From Rickettsiales bacterium (GTDB lineage Bacteria; Pseudomonadota; Alphaproteobacteria; Rickettsiales; UBA3002): a DNA stretch of 64,000 nucleotides. The translations under genes and the position numbers were made by a program. This document shows, piece by piece, positions 54,372 through 63,621 of this stretch. The notes beneath the pieces are model-generated. The model saw only the letters and a program-made list of their open reading frames with translations. It was not told the origin of the DNA and did not search any database. The stretch covers positions 139,519 to 203,518 of the forward strand of contig CBDFGU010000009.1 in assembly GCA_965247335.1 (NCBI GenBank). Reading direction: 5' to 3'. Each line of letters begins with the position of its first letter. Within the stretch, counting starts at the first letter, position 1.

Positions 54372-55634
54372 TTGGCTACGACCCTTGTTATTCACCCAGT
54401 CCTGACCGGCCGCGAGCGTTCGGAACGTTCCCTGCACGCCTCGCTCGAAGAAGCGGTCGGCCTTGCCCATGCTATCCAGCTGGAAGTCAACCATGCTGCA
54501 ATCGTAAAACTACAGAAAATTACGCCAGCGACCTATATCGGCAAAGGTAAAGTCGAAGAGTTTAAGGCGCTCGTCGAGGAATATTCGATCGGTCTTGCCA
54601 TCGTCGATTGTCTACTATCGCCTGTCCAACAGCGAAACCTTGAGACCGCGTTCGGCTGCAAGGTCATCGACCGCACAGCGTTGATCTTGGAAATCTTTGG
54701 TGCGCGCGCCCGTACGGCCGAAGGTAAACTTCAAGTCGAACTCGCCGCCCTCACCTACCAAAAATCCCGCCTCGTGCGGAGTTGGACGCACCTTGAACGC
54801 CAGCGCGGTGGCTTCGGCTTCCTCGGCGGCCCCGGTGAATCGCAGATCGAACTCGACCGCCGTATGATCGGCGATCGCATTATCAAGATCAAGAAACAGC
54901 TGGAGAACGTCGTGCGCACCCGCACCCTCCACCGCGCCACGCGGCGGGATGTTCCCTATCCGCTGATTGCTTTGGTGGGCTACACGAATGCCGGCAAGTC
55001 GACCCTGTTCAATCGCCTGACGGAAGCCAACGTCATAGCACAGGATATGTTATTCGCCACGCTCGATCCGACTATCCGCGAAGCAACCTTGCCATCTGGC
55101 CTGCGCGTGCTGATGTCGGATACCGTAGGCTTCATTTCCAACCTGCCGACGGAGCTCATCGCCGCCTTCCGCGCCACACTGGAAGAAGTACTCTCAGCGG
55201 ATATCCTGCTGCATGTCCGTGATATCGCCCACGAGGATTCCAAACCGCAACGTGATGATGTAATGAATGTGTTGAAAAGCCTGTTCGGCAAAGAGGCGAA
55301 TCTCGATCACCTGATCGAAATACACAACAAGATCGATCAATGGAGCGCGGATCATAATCGCGAACCCTACCTCCCGCCTGCAGGCTCGGTAGCCCTATCC
55401 GCTGTAACCGGTGAAGGTTGCAACGAACTGCTGCAACTGATCGATGAAAAACTCTCCGCGCAATTACTCGCGACCTACCATTACCAGCTACCACATGCCG
55501 ATGGCCGCGCCATCGCCTGGCTTTATGCGAATGGTCAGGTCATGCAGCATGTGGAAGAAGAAAAAATAGCCGACTATGAAGTGCGCCTCTCGGCGGCCAA
55601 TGCCGCGCGTTTTCATCAGCAGTTCGGGTATTGA
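54372..55634 (+). CDS. hflX: GTPase HflX
   Basis: GYTNAGKSTLFNRLT (G1), DTVGF (G3), NKID (G4). TTG start 3 nt after the hfq stop. Confidence 0.9.
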   Translation: MATTLVIHPVLTGRERSERSLHASLEEAVGLAHAIQLEVNHAAIVKLQKITPATYIGKGKVEEFKALVEEYSIGLAIVDCLLSPVQQRNLETAFGCKVIDRTALILEIFGARARTAEGKLQVELAALTYQKSRLVRSWTHLERQRGGFGFLGGPGESQIELDRRMIGDRIIKIKKQLENVVRTRTLHRATRRDVPYPLIALVGYTNAGKSTLFNRLTEANVIAQDMLFATLDPTIREATLPSGLRVLMSDTVGFISNLPTELIAAFRATLEEVLSADILLHVRDIAHEDSKPQRDDVMNVLKSLFGKEANLDHLIEIHNKIDQWSADHNREPYLPPAGSVALSAVTGEGCNELLQLIDEKLSAQLLATYHYQLPHADGRAIAWLYANGQVMQHVEEEKIADYEVRLSAANAARFHQQFGY

Positions 55635-56048
55635 TTAGAGCATCGAGCGGGTGTTGATCGTTTGCATCGCATAAGCAGCAGAGGCTGCCGCGATGACGCC
55701 TTGCAAAAGCGCCACGCCAGCCTGCGTCCACTGGATATGGGCTTTGCCCTTCTCGTCATGCGTGACAGTATGGCGTGCCGCGTTTACTGCTCCCATCGCA
55801 GAAAGCATTGCTATGGCACCGCTCACCCCAACATCCATTTTGGCACTGCGATCGAGATGTTGCCATTGCTGGGCGGTACGTTTAACGAACGGTACTTTTG
55901 TCTCAGTCTCTCTTTCGACTGCAATTATTTGGCCATCTAATCGAACTGGCATGTCACGTTTATCAACGCTGAGTCGACCCTCGCGAAAATCACGTTCGGT
56001 ATCTTCGGTAAGCTTATTAAAATCGAAGCGACCCTCAGGCGTAATCAT
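55635..56048 (-). CDS. hypothetical protein with C-terminal hydrophobic segments
   Basis: The ATG at 56048 lies 1 nt after the stop of the upstream ORF; the track ORF starts at TTG 56066. No motif recognised. Confidence 0.4.
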   Translation of the reverse strand: MITPEGRFDFNKLTEDTERDFREGRLSVDKRDMPVRLDGQIIAVERETETKVPFVKRTAQQWQHLDRSAKMDVGVSGAIAMLSAMGAVNAARHTVTHDEKGKAHIQWTQAGVALLQGVIAAASAAYAMQTINTRSML

Positions 56049-56049
56049 T

Positions 56050-56433
56050 TTAAGCCCGCCCGGCAAATACGCCAGCCGCTGCCGAACCCGTACCTAGAAG
56101 TACTTCACCGACGCGTAACAGCCCACTGCGCGCATTGCCGTCAGCGTCCTTGCTACGGAGTAGGCCATCGAATGCCATCGCATTACCAGCCCCCACTGCG
56201 CCAACTCGGCCAAATGCGATTAGGCGTTTGCCTTTGCTAGCTTCGCTGAAAACATTGATGCCATCCTTCATTTCACCGAAGCTTTGTTTGGCAGCACCGC
56301 CCAGACCCTTCACTACCCCGCCATCTTGCGCATGCGCTGTGTAGCGTCCTTTGATTTTGTCGCGCCAAAGTGATTCAGCCTTGGCGACTGATACAGCAGG
56401 CTCTGGGGCAGCTGGTGGGGTTGCTTCGGTCAT
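56050..56433 (-). CDS. Gly/Ala-rich hypothetical protein
   Basis: 127-aa ORF: ...GLGGAAKQSFGEM...GAVGAGNAMAFDG...LLGTGSAAAGVFAG. No family recognised. Confidence 0.4.
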   Translation of the reverse strand: MTEATPPAAPEPAVSVAKAESLWRDKIKGRYTAHAQDGGVVKGLGGAAKQSFGEMKDGINVFSEASKGKRLIAFGRVGAVGAGNAMAFDGLLRSKDADGNARSGLLRVGEVLLGTGSAAAGVFAGRA

Positions 56434-56541
56434 GGGACGCTCCTGAACTACAATTTCCTACCTATCAATATAGCAGAGGGTTCCGTTAAGTTATGTGACA
56501 GTTTCATGAAATTGGCCAGGTTAAGGAATCCCTTATCCGCT

Positions 56542-56979
56542 TCATTCCGAAAGGTAAAATGCCAGCTCTGCAGCGCGTCGCTTGGCCAATCCGGGCAACT
56601 TCCGTCCACCGCCCCACACCCAGCGCATCCATTGGGTTGGGATTGAATTCAACTCCGCCCGGTTGATAACCCGCCGCAACGTCGAGCGTTGCAAGCTGCC
56701 GGTTCCAAGGTTGAAGGTGAAGCTCACCAGCGCATCGAACTGGTTCTGCTGCAACGGCATTGTGACAAGGCGACGCACCGCTATCTCAGCAACCGCAACA
56801 TCATTCGCCAGCCACTTTTCCGCCATCGTTTCATCGATTACGGCAAATACCTTCAGCTCTTCTGGCGTCAATACATGACCATACCCAATCGTGCATCTGC
56901 CCGCCGGGCAGCGATACGGTTTATGTGAAAATCCTTCGAACCGCTTAATCAGCGCTAAACCATCTGCGCTCGTTTTCAC
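56542..56979 (-). CDS. phage-type lysozyme (GH24 endolysin)
   Basis: GLALIKRFEGFSHKPYRCPAGRCTIGYGH (catalytic Glu context), NQFDALVSFTFNLG. The GTG at 56979 overlaps the holin stop (GTGA). Track ORF 56542-57060 would overlap the holin gene by 85 nt. Confidence 0.8.
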   Translation of the reverse strand: MKTSADGLALIKRFEGFSHKPYRCPAGRCTIGYGHVLTPEELKVFAVIDETMAEKWLANDVAVAEIAVRRLVTMPLQQNQFDALVSFTFNLGTGSLQRSTLRRVINRAELNSIPTQWMRWVWGGGRKLPGLAKRRAAELAFYLSE

Positions 56980-57482
56980 TTCCGGGCCTTCATCAGCGCC
57001 CGTTGGCCGAACCAGAACGCCATGATCGCCGAGAAGATCGCCACATCCTCCTCCGTCCACAGACTCACCAACGCCTGCGATACGCTGAGGTTATTCTGCC
57101 AAGGCAGGCTCGGGCTCAACAGCATTGAGAATTGCGCCGCTTTTATGGTTACATACAGCACGAAAAACGCATAGGTCAGTACCGGCCGCACCGATCCCGA
57201 AAGCGCATCCACCCACGCGATACCTGTCAGGCTGTTCTTGACCCGCGTATCGAGCACTACCTGCTCTGCCATGTCGGCTTGGATGCCGATGGCTTTTAAC
57301 TGGTCGGTCCACGCCAACGCCTGATCCGCCGTATTGACTGCCAGTTGATCCTTGTTGAAGTCCATCTGCAACTTCAGGATAGCAAGCTCCTGCGCGCGAT
57401 CCTGCGAATCGCGGAATAGTTTGATGATGTCTGGCACGGCGCTCGAAACGAACCCGAGCAACGCACTGAATAAAGCGACCAT
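56976..57482 (-). CDS. holin-like membrane protein (resembles the 3-TM GTA-release holin family)
   Basis: 168 aa with a soluble N-terminal ~90 aa and hydrophobic segments in the C-terminal half. It sits immediately upstream of, and is coupled to, the lysozyme. Confidence 0.45.
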   Translation of the reverse strand: MVALFSALLGFVSSAVPDIIKLFRDSQDRAQELAILKLQMDFNKDQLAVNTADQALAWTDQLKAIGIQADMAEQVVLDTRVKNSLTGIAWVDALSGSVRPVLTYAFFVLYVTIKAAQFSMLLSPSLPWQNNLSVSQALVSLWTEEDVAIFSAIMAFWFGQRALMKARK

Positions 57483-57483
57483 A

Positions 57484-57747
57484 TTATTTACCGTGAAAGA
57501 AAGAGGTGGTGAAATTCATCAGCTGGATAAGGATAGCCCCAATCGCCGCCGCCAGCGCCATGGATGCCGCGTAAGCCCCTTTGCCACGATTCATGATAGC
57601 AGTCAGTTCGTCGAGCTTACGCTCCATGCTATCGAAGCGGGATTGGGCATTGGCATTATGAGCCCGTTGCTGTTCGCGCAGACCGCTGATTTGTTCTTCG
57701 ATCACCGCTATCTTGACTGAGTTTTGTTGTTCCGCGTCCATCGTCAC
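57484..57747 (-). CDS. small coiled-coil protein with C-terminal transmembrane anchor
   Basis: 87 aa: ...IEEQISGLREQQRAHNANAQSRFDSMERKLDELT... then AYAASMALAAAIGAILIQLM. Gaps to both neighbours are 1-2 nt. Confidence 0.4.
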   Translation of the reverse strand: MTMDAEQQNSVKIAVIEEQISGLREQQRAHNANAQSRFDSMERKLDELTAIMNRGKGAYAASMALAAAIGAILIQLMNFTTSFFHGK

Positions 57748-57749
57748 CG

Positions 57750-58289
57750 CTAACTGATGATAAGGTAGCCGACAGACGTTGTCGCCGTCGCGCTGGCAGT
57801 TAACGTGATCGTAAAAGAACCTGCACCCGGCACCACATTCTTGATGACCGCCGTATTGTCATTGGTGCGAAGAACCGCAAGAACGATAGATGACGTGGTG
57901 CAGAGTGCATTGGTCACGACCAGCGACGACGTCGCTGCCGCGATACTCGCCGTCCCACTTGCCTTGCCCCATGCCGTGCCATTGAACAAATAATCTGTTG
58001 CTTCATCTTGCACCCACACGCGCGTTCCGGTCGGCGGCAGGATGAATCGCCAGATTTGGTCGAAATAGCTCAGGTATGTCGCCTTGCCCGTCCATGCACC
58101 CGTCGCGCTTGCCGCGACGATATAAAGCGCACCCGCAACTGGCGTGCTCGGCGGCGTGGCGAGGTCTTTGTCCACGACCGATTTGGTCGCAAACGCATCC
58201 AGCACAGAGAATGCCTGATTGATGGTGACTTCCTTCTGGGCTTGTGACTGCTCGAGCAACGTGATTCCGAGATTGGTGGTGGTGGCCAT
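57750..58289 (-). CDS. DUF2793 domain protein (GTA/phage tail-fibre-associated family)
   Basis: MATTTNLGITLLEQSQAQKEVTINQAFSVLDA...PPSTPVAGALYIVAASATGAWTGK...W.F..P..G..VWV.DE follows the DUF2793 consensus. Start set at ATG 58289. Confidence 0.7.
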   Translation of the reverse strand: MATTTNLGITLLEQSQAQKEVTINQAFSVLDAFATKSVVDKDLATPPSTPVAGALYIVAASATGAWTGKATYLSYFDQIWRFILPPTGTRVWVQDEATDYLFNGTAWGKASGTASIAAATSSLVVTNALCTTSSIVLAVLRTNDNTAVIKNVVPGAGSFTITLTASATATTSVGYLIIS

Positions 58290-58381
58290 GATTTTCCTCA
58301 AAACTAGTGGTGATAGGGGTTAAAAGGTGGTAGTTACGGCACAAAGGCCCACCGCATCGCATGCTTTAAAACGAGGGAATA

Positions 58382-58954
58382 ATGCCGACGATTGATCAGG
58401 TCTGGTCTGAGATCCGGGCCTTGCCGCACAAATATATTTTTTACACGCGCAAGGAAATTCGCTACCTGCCGAAAGTCCTCAGCGACAACGAGCACATCCT
58501 CGCCCTTACTTCCGGCCTCATGAACAATCGCACATGGCTCGCGGTCTGCACCACCAAGCGCGTGCTGTTTCTTGACCGCGGCATGTTCTTCGGCCTGCGC
58601 CAGCTACAGATGAATCTCGACCGCATTCAGGCGATCGATTCGAGCTTCGGCCTTATGTTCGGTTCCATTCGCGTGTGGGACGGCGCGGCATCGATGAATG
58701 TTTCACTCGTGCTCAAATCCAGTGTTGCCCCGTTCGTCAAAACCGTGCAGGACGCGATGGATCGCTATAAACGCCAGATGGTCTATGACCTTGCCGCCAC
58801 CGCGACCAGTGCTCATGGCACCGCGACGGTTGCCGGCAGCATCCCACCCGCGCCAATGATCAACGAACTGGAACGCTTGGCAAAACTGAAAGCGGACGGA
58901 CATCTGACGGAACAGGAATATGCAGCCGCAAAAGCGAAACTGCTAAGCCACTAA
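58382..58954 (+). CDS. bacterial PH-domain (YokE-like) protein with C-terminal SHOCT motif
   Basis: LSDNEHILALTSGLMNNRTWLAVCTTKRVLFLDRG...LDRIQAIDSSFGLMFGSIRVW (bPH pattern). The C-terminal ELERLAKLKADGHLTEQEYAAAKAKLL is SHOCT-like. Confidence 0.65.
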   Translation: MPTIDQVWSEIRALPHKYIFYTRKEIRYLPKVLSDNEHILALTSGLMNNRTWLAVCTTKRVLFLDRGMFFGLRQLQMNLDRIQAIDSSFGLMFGSIRVWDGAASMNVSLVLKSSVAPFVKTVQDAMDRYKRQMVYDLAATATSAHGTATVAGSIPPAPMINELERLAKLKADGHLTEQEYAAAKAKLLSH

Positions 58955-59358
58955 TCGTTGGCGAAAGACGAAAGCTTCGCAAACAGTGCCGGATCCATTT
59001 GGTTGAACGTATCCGGGAAAAGATTTTCCATACGGCGCATGAAATCCGGGAAGGGTATCTCTCCAGCGATTACCAGCGTCTCCAGCATATTCAGCATCGT
59101 CATCGCTTCATTGTCGATGCCGTGCAGGCGAATAGAGGTCGTCAATTGATTGACCGTCAGTTTGAAGATGAGGTCTTTCATGATGCCACCACCGAATTCG
59201 CAGCGTTCATGAAACTTGATAGCCGTCACCTGCCTGCTCGGCATTTCGACGGCATAACGCGACCAGAAATTAGTTTTTTCGGCCAGTTCGACCACCATAG
59301 GGTTGACTGACTCTTGGTTAGGAACTTCGTGCAAGAAAAGCTCGGGGGCGTGATTCAT
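58951..59358 (-). CDS. hypothetical protein
   Basis: 135-aa ORF 34 nt downstream of the g15-like gene. No motif recognised. Confidence 0.4.
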   Translation of the reverse strand: MNHAPELFLHEVPNQESVNPMVVELAEKTNFWSRYAVEMPSRQVTAIKFHERCEFGGGIMKDLIFKLTVNQLTTSIRLHGIDNEAMTMLNMLETLVIAGEIPFPDFMRRMENLFPDTFNQMDPALFAKLSSFAND

Positions 59359-59392
59359 CCTGTTATCTTAGCGCGCAATCCTTAACAAAACG

Positions 59393-62300
59393 TTAGTGCA
59401 CCGGAATCGTGAGAACCCGCGGTTTCCCAGGTCCGATTATGCTCGATCGCTGTGTGATGACCACAATCAAGGCACTGGGCGCCGAGCCGAAATCTGTCAT
59501 CTGATTTGCCGAACTGTAGACTATCGTTGGTGTCGACACTTGCCAACTACGCACAACCGTCCCGCCATTTATAATGACAACGTCATACAGTTCACCGTGC
59601 TCCATCAACGGTACATCCACATAGTCGCGCATTCCACCATCGATTCGCGCGCGACGTACCCAGCTCAAAGTAATATCGCCACTGAGCACATTTCGGATAG
59701 CCAATACATCGACAGGACTCAGTGGCTTCAACGTTTCCGCACTGATGGTAAAGGTCGATTCGCTGCCTGTCGTCAGCGAATCGCCGTTGGTTACTGCACG
59801 GAGTGTCCAGCTCTGTCCATTATTGCTCGCTGGCATTACCAGTGGCACCACTGTATCATCGAGCAGTACGAAGCGTTCGCCGATGGAATGGCTGGCAGTC
59901 GTCGATTCCGTGCCGAGCCTGCCGCGCAACAAGCCGCTCAATCGATAACTACCCGCACTTAGTTGCTGCGCATTCCTGAACTGGATGATTTCGTTTCCCA
60001 GCACCGCGACGTTTGCACTGTTCAGCACTGTCAACGCATCCGCATTCGCCAGAGTAGCATTCCCCAATAATGCAATATCGACCGTATTCTGTTCGTCGAA
60101 CATCTGTGTAACGCCATCGCCAAGCGCGGTGATCGCCGAACCGATGGTCGACGCCTTGTCCATGTTCAGCAGGATTGTATCATCACCATTATCCATCACG
60201 CGCACAACCGTCGTTCCTTTCCAGCCATCTGAAATGCCGCAGGCAGCAAAACGTAACGTCAGCGCATCCTGCGCATCTACTGGCAACGCCGGGATATCCA
60301 GTATCTCAACCCGTGTTTTCGGGTTCGGCACTACCAGCGCGCCATCACCGCCGATCGTCGGTTCGATATACCCATCCCATGCATCCGCCGCATCGATCAC
60401 TCCATCGATTCGCAACACCCCAGGATGACCGATCTGCACCTGCGTTATGCGGATACGGTGGATCAGCGCGTTATCCGTTAATTGAATTACATCGCCCGGT
60501 TCCAGCGCCGCATACGCGATCGGCAACTGCAGGGACAGACTACTGCGCTGCGCCCAGCGGTCTGCAAGCAACGTCTGTGCTACCGTACGCGCGTGGGGTT
60601 CCGCAAGCACTAGACTGAATTTTGCAGTGACGATATCGCTCGCATCCTGCTTGCTGCGTTCCGCGCTTGCTATATTCGTTTCGTAGCGGTGCAGCCGATT
60701 CAGGAATTGCACTTCCTGCCGTTGCGGCAGCAGCAGGTCTTCCTGGCGCGTTAACACATAAGGCACCATGAGGCTGCCGGCTTTCTGCGGCACACACGTC
60801 GAAGCATCCAGCGTAGCATCGACGGTGCCATCGCGGATGATAGCGACCAGTGAGCCATTGCTTTCCTTGATGGTAAAGAAATACGCCTGCATCAACTGCT
60901 CGAGCGCCGCGCGCGCTGTCACCCGGTCGCTGATCACAAAACCGTCGAGTAGCATCTGCAATTTGCTGGTATCGATCTGAGCATCGGTGAGCCCGGCCCG
61001 TTCCGCAATCTGCTCCACCGCTGCTGCAACATGGCTCGCACCCAACTTGCCCTGCACCCAATGTCCTGTCACCCAGTTGCTGCCATCCGACCACACACCG
61101 AGCAAATCGGGCCAATACGGATAAGGCCGCGCATCCCACGCCCACAAGAATTTGTTGACGATCATGCTGCTGCCGTCCCATTCCGCTTCCGTTGCGGCAA
61201 TCGCCGTGCGCTGGGCCATAAAATCCACCCGCCCCCGCGAGAAACGCGGATAAGCGCTCGACGTTGACGTGTTATCGATGAAAACATTGGGCTCGTTCGC
61301 GCAGCCATCCACGCTCGGATACCCATACTCGGTAAACCATATCGGCTTGCTCGCCGGAGTCCATGAGGTCGTCGTGCTATCCGGGTTCACGTGATGGTTA
61401 TTCCACCACCAGCTGATATTCTTCCATGCATAGGGCGCACTGAGGCTCGCTTTGGTCGTACGTGCATCATCGGTGTAATAGAAATCGTAGCCCTCGCCCG
61501 AGGTCCAGCCCGCGCGCAACGCATCAACATCGTAATCCGTCTGCACCGCATCGCTTAATGGGAAATACGCATCAATGCCGATCATATCGATCGACGACGA
61601 AGACCACAGCGGGTCGAGATGGTACCAACCCCCATCCGTATGGTGGTACTCCGACCAGTCCGCCGCATACGTTACGTGCACTGGCAGGCCGGTAATGGGT
61701 GAATGACCAAGTGTTGGCTTAACCGCAGCCGCAAGGCCGACCAACTGACTGACCGCCGGATAAACGCCTGCACTCGGAGTAATCTTCGTCAGGTCGCGCA
61801 TTTCCGTACCTATAGCGAATGCATCGACCTTGCCTGCTACCAGCGTCGCGTAATGGTTGATGAATGCGTTATAGCCGCGCGTGTGCGTAAAGAAATTGCT
61901 GACCGCGCTGGCGCTGCCCGTCAAATTTCCGCGCCATGGCTTTCCGGCAATATCCATCAGCATCTGCGGATAGAAGAATACTTTGATTCCGCGAGTTCGT
62001 AATTCCGCCAATAGTCTTAGGATGCTTCCATCATCCGGTGTACCGCCATAGCGCAGCTTGCCCGAGTCATTGCCGATCAGGCGTCCCGTGGCGCGACTGA
62101 ATCCTGCTACTTGCCAATCATCCGGTGTTGTTCGCGTATTGGTCTGATACTCGACACAGGGCCAGATATCGCAAGTTGCGATATCCATGCTCGTACCAAA
62201 CCAGTTGACGACCACGCCGACCCATTCAAGATTCGGGAACGTTTCCTGCAACTGATCCAGCGCAACCAGCACGTTCGCCTTGCCCTCCGCCGTATGCACA

Positions 62301-63079
62301 TTAAGCGGCACCTGATACCCGCTCTGCACGACGCTACCGCCCGCCGAAGTCCCTGTGATCTTGAATTCCGCCTGCGTATCATAAACGAATTCCCCTGATC
62401 CCGGCAGCAGCATGATGGATTTTACCAGTGATTCGACCGGCGCATCGTCCACATCCGGTTGCGACGTACGGCGCGTGACCTCGAACGTGAAGTTCGGGAT
62501 GCGGTTGCCGAAATCACCCAACGGGAAATCCTCGATTACCACATAGGCCAGCCCACGATACGCCGGCGTCGCGCCGACACCCTGATAGCTTTCGATCAGT
62601 GAATCTGGCAACTGCGTTTCATTACCGGTGTAGGTACGGTAGATGCCCTGGCTGAGATCGAGTAGCTTCGAATCTGCCCAGACCCGGTCGACGCGCGCGA
62701 TCTCGCCTTCACAAATGGCGATCGCAATGGTCGCATAATAGCTGTAAGTCGTGCTCGAGCTGCTGGTACTACGGCTGCCTGAGCCGCCTTTTCCACCCGT
62801 GCGGGTCGTCGTGGTGGATGCGATTTCCTTTAACGGTAGTGACCAGATGACGTTCCCTGCAATGCGTACTGTACCAAAGACGATCGGAATCATCCGGCCG
62901 TAGGTCGATGTCTGCACTGCCAGCGTTTCCAGCCGCGCGCCTTCGTAATGGTGCTTGGACGTACCGCGGAATTCGTTGCCGAGACCCGCGCCGAAAATAG
63001 TTCCCAGTTGCGACCCAAAGGACAGTCCGCTCGATGCGCCGACAACACTGCCTACCGATGATAAAATGATCGAAGCCAT
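59393..63079 (-). CDS. GTA ORFg15-like host-specificity / baseplate multidomain tail protein
   Basis: 1228 aa. The Gly/Ser-rich N-terminus MASIILSSVGSVVGASSGLSFGSQLG...YGRMIPIVFGTVRIAGNVIW and the central TIM-barrel-like region are typical of alphaproteobacterial GTA g15 / phage tail proteins. Confidence 0.85.
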   Translation of the reverse strand: MASIILSSVGSVVGASSGLSFGSQLGTIFGAGLGNEFRGTSKHHYEGARLETLAVQTSTYGRMIPIVFGTVRIAGNVIWSLPLKEIASTTTTRTGGKGGSGSRSTSSSSTTYSYYATIAIAICEGEIARVDRVWADSKLLDLSQGIYRTYTGNETQLPDSLIESYQGVGATPAYRGLAYVVIEDFPLGDFGNRIPNFTFEVTRRTSQPDVDDAPVESLVKSIMLLPGSGEFVYDTQAEFKITGTSAGGSVVQSGYQVPLNVHTAEGKANVLVALDQLQETFPNLEWVGVVVNWFGTSMDIATCDIWPCVEYQTNTRTTPDDWQVAGFSRATGRLIGNDSGKLRYGGTPDDGSILRLLAELRTRGIKVFFYPQMLMDIAGKPWRGNLTGSASAVSNFFTHTRGYNAFINHYATLVAGKVDAFAIGTEMRDLTKITPSAGVYPAVSQLVGLAAAVKPTLGHSPITGLPVHVTYAADWSEYHHTDGGWYHLDPLWSSSSIDMIGIDAYFPLSDAVQTDYDVDALRAGWTSGEGYDFYYTDDARTTKASLSAPYAWKNISWWWNNHHVNPDSTTTSWTPASKPIWFTEYGYPSVDGCANEPNVFIDNTSTSSAYPRFSRGRVDFMAQRTAIAATEAEWDGSSMIVNKFLWAWDARPYPYWPDLLGVWSDGSNWVTGHWVQGKLGASHVAAAVEQIAERAGLTDAQIDTSKLQMLLDGFVISDRVTARAALEQLMQAYFFTIKESNGSLVAIIRDGTVDATLDASTCVPQKAGSLMVPYVLTRQEDLLLPQRQEVQFLNRLHRYETNIASAERSKQDASDIVTAKFSLVLAEPHARTVAQTLLADRWAQRSSLSLQLPIAYAALEPGDVIQLTDNALIHRIRITQVQIGHPGVLRIDGVIDAADAWDGYIEPTIGGDGALVVPNPKTRVEILDIPALPVDAQDALTLRFAACGISDGWKGTTVVRVMDNGDDTILLNMDKASTIGSAITALGDGVTQMFDEQNTVDIALLGNATLANADALTVLNSANVAVLGNEIIQFRNAQQLSAGSYRLSGLLRGRLGTESTTASHSIGERFVLLDDTVVPLVMPASNNGQSWTLRAVTNGDSLTTGSESTFTISAETLKPLSPVDVLAIRNVLSGDITLSWVRRARIDGGMRDYVDVPLMEHGELYDVVIINGGTVVRSWQVSTPTIVYSSANQMTDFGSAPSALIVVITQRSSIIGPGKPRVLTIPVH

Positions 63080-63151
63080 AGAATGATCCTGCGTTGAAGA
63101 CGTGTCGCCGGAGGGCTAGCGTGCAATTAAATGATTGGGAGTAAGAGCTTA

Positions 63152-63598
63152 TTACGCGAGTTGCGGCAGCCGGTAGGCCAGACAGGTCTGCTGCCGCCAA
63201 TGCGCGTCATACCGGTGTTCGATGACCTGTCGCGCCGGCGCATACGCATGGATCATTCCAAAATCCCCCCGCATGGGATAATCCGTTACAAGCGCAAGAT
63301 GCTGAGGCAACCCGTCTACTTTCAGCATAAGGATGTCGGCCTCGCGTATTTCGTTTAATGAAATCGCCACCAGATGTGTGTCCAGCTTTTGTTTCAGCAA
63401 TACAACATCTGGCCGCGTGCCATAGGTCGGAATATCCAGCGCTTCGACGGATTCACCCGCTAAAGTAAGCCCCAGTTTCTTCGCAGTAACGATTAGCAAT
63501 CCAAGGCAGTCAAGCCCAGCCGGGCTGCGTCCCTGATGCATGAAACGCACGCGCAAGAACGAGCGTGCGCCTGCAGTCACATTGCATGCGTTGGTCAT
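63152..63598 (-). CDS. GTA ORFg14-like NlpC/P60-family cell-wall peptidase
   Basis: ...FMHQGRSPAGLDCLGLLI (catalytic Cys context) ... QHLALVTD ... IHAY. Start set at ATG 63598 (MTNACNV). Confidence 0.75.
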   Translation of the reverse strand: MTNACNVTAGARSFLRVRFMHQGRSPAGLDCLGLLIVTAKKLGLTLAGESVEALDIPTYGTRPDVVLLKQKLDTHLVAISLNEIREADILMLKVDGLPQHLALVTDYPMRGDFGMIHAYAPARQVIEHRYDAHWRQQTCLAYRLPQLA

Positions 63599-63621
63599 AG
63601 CTATTCCAATATGAAATGAAG

